Source: Promethearchaeota archaeon | GTDB lineage: Archaea > Asgardarchaeota > Lokiarchaeia > Sigyniarchaeales > SOKP01 | NCBI GenBank assembly: GCA_019058445.1 | Contig: JAHPZA010000006.1 | Location: forward strand, 32,001 to 96,000 | Length of the DNA stretch: 64,000 nucleotides | Direction: 5' to 3' | In this document: piece by piece, positions 60,103 through 64,000 of the stretch | Layout of the letters: every line of letters starts with the position of its first letter | Numbering within the stretch: position 1 is the first letter of the stretch | Program-made: the position numbers and the translations under genes | Notes under the pieces: generated by a model | The model's database searches: none | Told to the model about the DNA's origin: nothing | The model's input: only the letters and a program-made list of their open reading frames with translations

Positions 60103-61410
60103 TTATTCTAATTGGATTTGAATATAGTCTTCTTCTTGTTTTAGTAATTCTTCAAATATTTTTTTTGCCTGCCAATATGTCTCCACAACTGGATCCGCTA
60201 ATAAAGCCTGAATAGCGATATCTTTAGATTTTTTAAAAATTGCTTCTACTACGAGATCTTGAACGGATATCTGAGTTTGCAATAATGCAGTAATACTTTT
60301 GGGGTATTCCCCTAGTTTAACTCCATGTATCCCATTTCTGTTGATTAGTGCAGGGCATTCTATCACCGAATCTTTAGGGAGATTGGTGATAATATCATTA
60401 TTAGGAATATTCACGGAAGGTTCTATGTGATTTGAATCTGTTATGATCCCTTCTATTATTGGAATTGCACTTTCCTCATCGGGTTTTACAAGTCTAGCGC
60501 CTCTTCCTTTCTTTATCAAAGTTTTAGTTTTTTCCAATCCATGTGCCAAAAAATGTTCATATTGTCTCCAAAAACGTCGAACAGCGGGAATATCTGCATA
60601 TTCCCACGCCCAATGTACATATTCACCGTAATGACTATCCGTTGTATAAGGACAATATCCATAAGTTTCTAATAAAAACGCAATTAGTTTAAACCCATCG
60701 TAAGCAATTATATTACGTAAAAATTCAGGACCTTTTTTTCGAAGGTCTGGATAAGCATCTTTGCCCGTATTTTTATATTTAATATCTAAAATGTTGCCAA
60801 AATGATTTAATCCTGCACCAATGATTTCTAAATTTGACAAGGGTGTAGATAAAATTTTACTTACTAAAACAACAAAATGTTGAAATTCATGGCATAACCC
60901 AACGAATTTAAGCTTGGGATATTTTCGTTTAATTGCAAGACAGATTCTACTCATTGGATTTGAAAAATTAATGATAAAAGCGTTAGGACAGATTTTATTA
61001 ACGTCTTCGCAAATATCTAAGATAGGAGGTATTACTCTTAGTGAATGAAATAAACCCCCAGGTCCTCCGTTTTCTCCAGTAATTTGCTTGCATCCAAATT
61101 CTTGAGGTATTCTATAATCTAAATCTAATAATTTAAATCTCGGTGGAATTTCTATGGCATTAATAATGAAAGTAGCATTTTTTAAGGCATTTTGTCTATT
61201 AACAGTATATTCTAAACTAAAATCTAATTTTCTCTTATCTATAGCAGCTTGGCAAGCTTGATATGTTAGCTCTAAAGTCTCAGCATTAATATCATGTAAA
61301 CAAATAGTAGAGCCTTCCAAAGCTTTACATTCTAACATATTTCCAACGGAACCTAAACCAAATTGGAGCGAACCTGCCCCGATTAGTACAATTTTCTGAC
61401 TATTTGACAA
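60103..61410 (-). CDS. Glycoside hydrolase family 4 (tandem paralogue)
   Basis: Same motifs; high similarity to the neighbour. Confidence 0.92.
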   Translation of the reverse strand: MSNSQKIVLIGAGSLQFGLGSVGNMLECKALEGSTICLHDINAETLELTYQACQAAIDKRKLDFSLEYTVNRQNALKNATFIINAIEIPPRFKLLDLDYRIPQEFGCKQITGENGGPGGLFHSLRVIPPILDICEDVNKICPNAFIINFSNPMSRICLAIKRKYPKLKFVGLCHEFQHFVVLVSKILSTPLSNLEIIGAGLNHFGNILDIKYKNTGKDAYPDLRKKGPEFLRNIIAYDGFKLIAFLLETYGYCPYTTDSHYGEYVHWAWEYADIPAVRRFWRQYEHFLAHGLEKTKTLIKKGRGARLVKPDEESAIPIIEGIITDSNHIEPSVNIPNNDIITNLPKDSVIECPALINRNGIHGVKLGEYPKSITALLQTQISVQDLVVEAIFKKSKDIAIQALLADPVVETYWQAKKIFEELLKQEEDYIQIQLE

Positions 61411-61519
61411 ATAAATTCACCTAGAACATAATCTCGAAGTTATACAATAAGATTATATTAACTGGCTAAATTACTGAAGAAAATTTACCAAATAATAAAT
61501 AGCTTGTTTATTAAAAATA

Positions 61520-61813
61520 TTACTTTATAATCTTCACTTTTTGTCCAAGGGCTTGACCCGGTAAACCCGCCTTTTTAAAAAGAGCTCGTACTGCACCATT
61601 ATTACCGTGAGCACGGCTAATAACACCCTTCAATTCTTTTCCTGTAGGACTTGTCCAAACTACTGTTCTCCCGATCATTTTATTGGCTTCCTTCCTTGTT
61701 TTTATTTCTGAGAAAACAATAATACATTGTTTTGGATGAATTATATGGCGACCTCGTCTATAATTAGCAACTACTCCTTCCATTCCTAGGACCTTTAATT
61801 TAGTAGATGACAT
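61520..61813 (-). CDS. rpl35ae: 50S ribosomal protein L35Ae (eL33)
   Basis: YRRGRH, G.ISRAHGNNGAVRA.F...LPGQALG. Confidence 0.95.
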   Translation of the reverse strand: MSSTKLKVLGMEGVVANYRRGRHIIHPKQCIIVFSEIKTRKEANKMIGRTVVWTSPTGKELKGVISRAHGNNGAVRALFKKAGLPGQALGQKVKIIK

Positions 61814-61963
61814 GAGAGAAAACTTTTGACAATGAGTTTTTATATCACTTAAGTAATGAGGTTAATATGGAAAAAAATAAAAAATTTTGGATTTTTAGAA
61901 ATTTATATTGTTTTAAGGGAAAATTGAAAATGAAATAGATTTCAATTTTAAGTTTAAACTAAA

Positions 61964-63262
61964 TTATCCTATATATTTATTTTTAATCTTAAAAATTTGC
62001 TTTCTTTTATAGATTAATACCAATGAAATTATTGTAATTAATACAAATACAAGGTAATAGTTTCCAAACGAAATAGGACTCTCGCCAAAATCAATATCTA
62101 ACTCATCATCGTCATCTTCCTCTTCGGTTGTAGCTGTCCAATGAAAAAGGTATACTTGATCATCTTCACTACCTACAGCAATATAATTTCCATTAGAAGA
62201 TATTGCAACATCAGTTATGCTTCCGTCTGCCATATAACTCCACAGAGGTACATTTCTAGATCGATCAAATAAAAAAGTCATATTATCATTACAACCGATA
62301 AGAATATGCTTACCATTGGAAGAAATTGCGACACTCCTCACTATATCACCGCATTCATAAGTCCACAGCAGTTCTTCTTTTACAACATCAAAAAGGTAGG
62401 TTTTGTTATCATTAGAGCCGGCAACAATATATTGACCATCAGATGAAATGGCTATTGTGTTTACATCTCCCCCAGTTTGATAACTTAATTGAGGAGTTTT
62501 ACTAAATTTATTAAAGATATAGATCTCATCATTATCACTACCCGCAACTATATAATAACCATCAGCAGAAATGTCAACGGTATTAATATCACCATCGGCT
62601 TGAAATTCCCATAAAGTATCATTGGAAGTTTTATAAAAAAGATATACCTTCCCATTCGCACAACCGGCAGTAATATATCTTCCATCGTCAGAGATAGCGA
62701 CGGAATAAATTAAATCTCCAGTAGTATAGTTCCATAAAGGTGCAGAAGAGGAATTCTTGAGGAAAGAAATTTGATCATTACTTCCAGAAGCTATATAATT
62801 ACCATCATTTGAAATTTTAACAGATAACACTTTATCTCCCATTGAATGGTTCCAAATAGGGGTAGAAATTGATTTATTAAATAAATATAAATGATGATCA
62901 TTAGAGCCGGAAACAATATAATTTATTTCGGAAGAAATCGCAACGGAACTTATCTCATCACCGGTAGTACGATTCCACTCTGGTACTTTTGAAATGGAAC
63001 TTGTTTTATTGAAAAGATATGTGTTATTATCAGCACTGCCTGCGACCACATAATTCCCATCTGCTGAAATTGAAACAGAGTTAACATCATCCCTCGTTGT
63101 ATAATTCCAGAGGAGTGTGGTTGCGGATGGGTGGAGAATAACGCAATTTTTATTATAAATTTCTTGGTTATAACTCTTGCTTGAAAAACAACTCAAGATG
63201 CTACTATTTAATATAAGTATAAATAACAGCATTGCCCAAGGTTTGTAAGGTCTTATTGGCAT
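61964..63262 (-). CDS. Secreted, membrane-anchored WD40/PQQ-like beta-propeller protein
   Basis: Signal peptide; about eight repeats (LW.Y.T...V.SVAIS.DG.YIVAGS.D...YLF); acidic linker; C-terminal TM followed by KRK. Confidence 0.9.
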   Translation of the reverse strand: MPIRPYKPWAMLLFILILNSSILSCFSSKSYNQEIYNKNCVILHPSATTLLWNYTTRDDVNSVSISADGNYVVAGSADNNTYLFNKTSSISKVPEWNRTTGDEISSVAISSEINYIVSGSNDHHLYLFNKSISTPIWNHSMGDKVLSVKISNDGNYIASGSNDQISFLKNSSSAPLWNYTTGDLIYSVAISDDGRYITAGCANGKVYLFYKTSNDTLWEFQADGDINTVDISADGYYIVAGSDNDEIYIFNKFSKTPQLSYQTGGDVNTIAISSDGQYIVAGSNDNKTYLFDVVKEELLWTYECGDIVRSVAISSNGKHILIGCNDNMTFLFDRSRNVPLWSYMADGSITDVAISSNGNYIAVGSEDDQVYLFHWTATTEEEDDDDELDIDFGESPISFGNYYLVFVLITIISLVLIYKRKQIFKIKNKYIG

Positions 63263-63387
63263 AAGTTTTTTATTAACTTATTATATGATTTTAAAATCAA
63301 ATTTATAGGTTTAATTCTTAAATACTTCTTAGTTTTTATTTTTTTCATTTGGCAAAATGTTAAATAATGTTAGTTTATTAGCTTTTT

Positions 63388-64000
63388 ATGGAAATTATTG
63401 ATAACCTGAACAAATTGTTTAGAGAAAAGGAAAACAAATTATATCTGATTTTGTTAATTTATCTTTTAATAGCATATACGGTACTAAGAATTTTAACATT
63501 AATGAATTATGCTTTCATAGGGATTATTATTTATTTTCCAATTTTAGGATTTACAAGTTTCTTCTGGTTCCTCTCATTGTTTAACAAAAAGATAACAGAA
63601 TATTCAACTTCAAAAATTATTTTACTGCTAATTCTCGATTGTTTACTAATGATAATTATGTTGGTTGTGATTGTCGTAATCATAGTGATATCTATATTTT
63701 CTTATATCTTCTTTACTTCTCTTTTTTTGTTATATGGATGTTATAAAATGAGCAAAGATATTGATGAACGTATCTATTATAAACGAGGAGCTTGGATTTG
63801 GAGAGGATTAGAATTTTGGGGTGGATTGGCCCTTTCGCTGCTCTTTATTTATTTAGCATATATAGGAACTTTTGAAGCTATGAACATGACGAGCGCACCA
63901 CAAATTCTAAATGTAGCATATATTGCTGTAATTATCGTAATAATCGGCTTAGCTATTTATGGTTTACTGCAAAGTTTTGGCAAAAAATTTAATGCGTGGC
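63388..64000 (+). CDS. Multi-pass membrane protein, partial (runs off the window end)
   Basis: Read by hand: MEIIDNLNKLFREK...; open to position 64000, several hydrophobic segments. Confidence 0.75.
   Translation, partial: MEIIDNLNKLFREKENKLYLILLIYLLIAYTVLRILTLMNYAFIGIIIYFPILGFTSFFWFLSLFNKKITEYSTSKIILLLILDCLLMIIMLVVIVVIIVISIFSYIFFTSLFLLYGCYKMSKDIDERIYYKRGAWIWRGLEFWGGLALSLLFIYLAYIGTFEAMNMTSAPQILNVAYIAVIIVIIGLAIYGLLQSFGKKFNAW

Noticed and set aside
1754-60631. Numerous 60-140 aa antisense or nested ORFs in the track (e.g. 2431-2628, 4411-4791, 12056-12427, 26276-26623, 51327-51752, 53911-54168)
   Set aside because: They lie opposite or within well-supported genes and show no recognisable motifs.
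1-64000. CRISPR array, tRNA or rRNA genes
   Set aside because: No repeat-spacer periodicity and no GC-rich cloverleaf or rRNA-like stretch was seen by eye; a tRNAscan run would be the definitive check.

Overview
AT-rich archaeal chromosome segment, most likely Asgard (Lokiarchaeia-like). The evidence is split Rpo1N/Rpo1C RNA polymerase subunits, archaeal ribosomal proteins and an HMf-type histone, together with eukaryotic-signature genes (Rab-like GTPase, roadblock, Snf7/ESCRT-III). Positions ~1-11.4 kb hold the right part of an integrated HK97-type (Caudoviricetes-like) element: terminase, portal, protease/scaffold, decoration protein, major capsid protein and two neck proteins. No tail tube or tape measure follows; instead there is a beta-propeller fused to an apparently truncated tail-hub fragment. 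The element's intergenic DNA carries several strongly base-paired segments (157-650, 1161-1324, 8433-8595, 11261-11321) that look like undescribed structured RNAs, two of them flanking a KTSC-domain gene. The rest is host DNA. Notable host oddities: an HTH-ATP-cone protein built on a catalytically dead class III ribonucleotide reductase, a PAKK-repeat tail on Rpo1N, an apparent ATA start for uS12, four tandem ACD-alpha paralogues, a nucleoside/nucleotide kinase with a C-terminal PIP box, and an in-frame UGA in a PaaI thioesterase. All calls come from reading the sequence by eye; no searches or folding programs were run.
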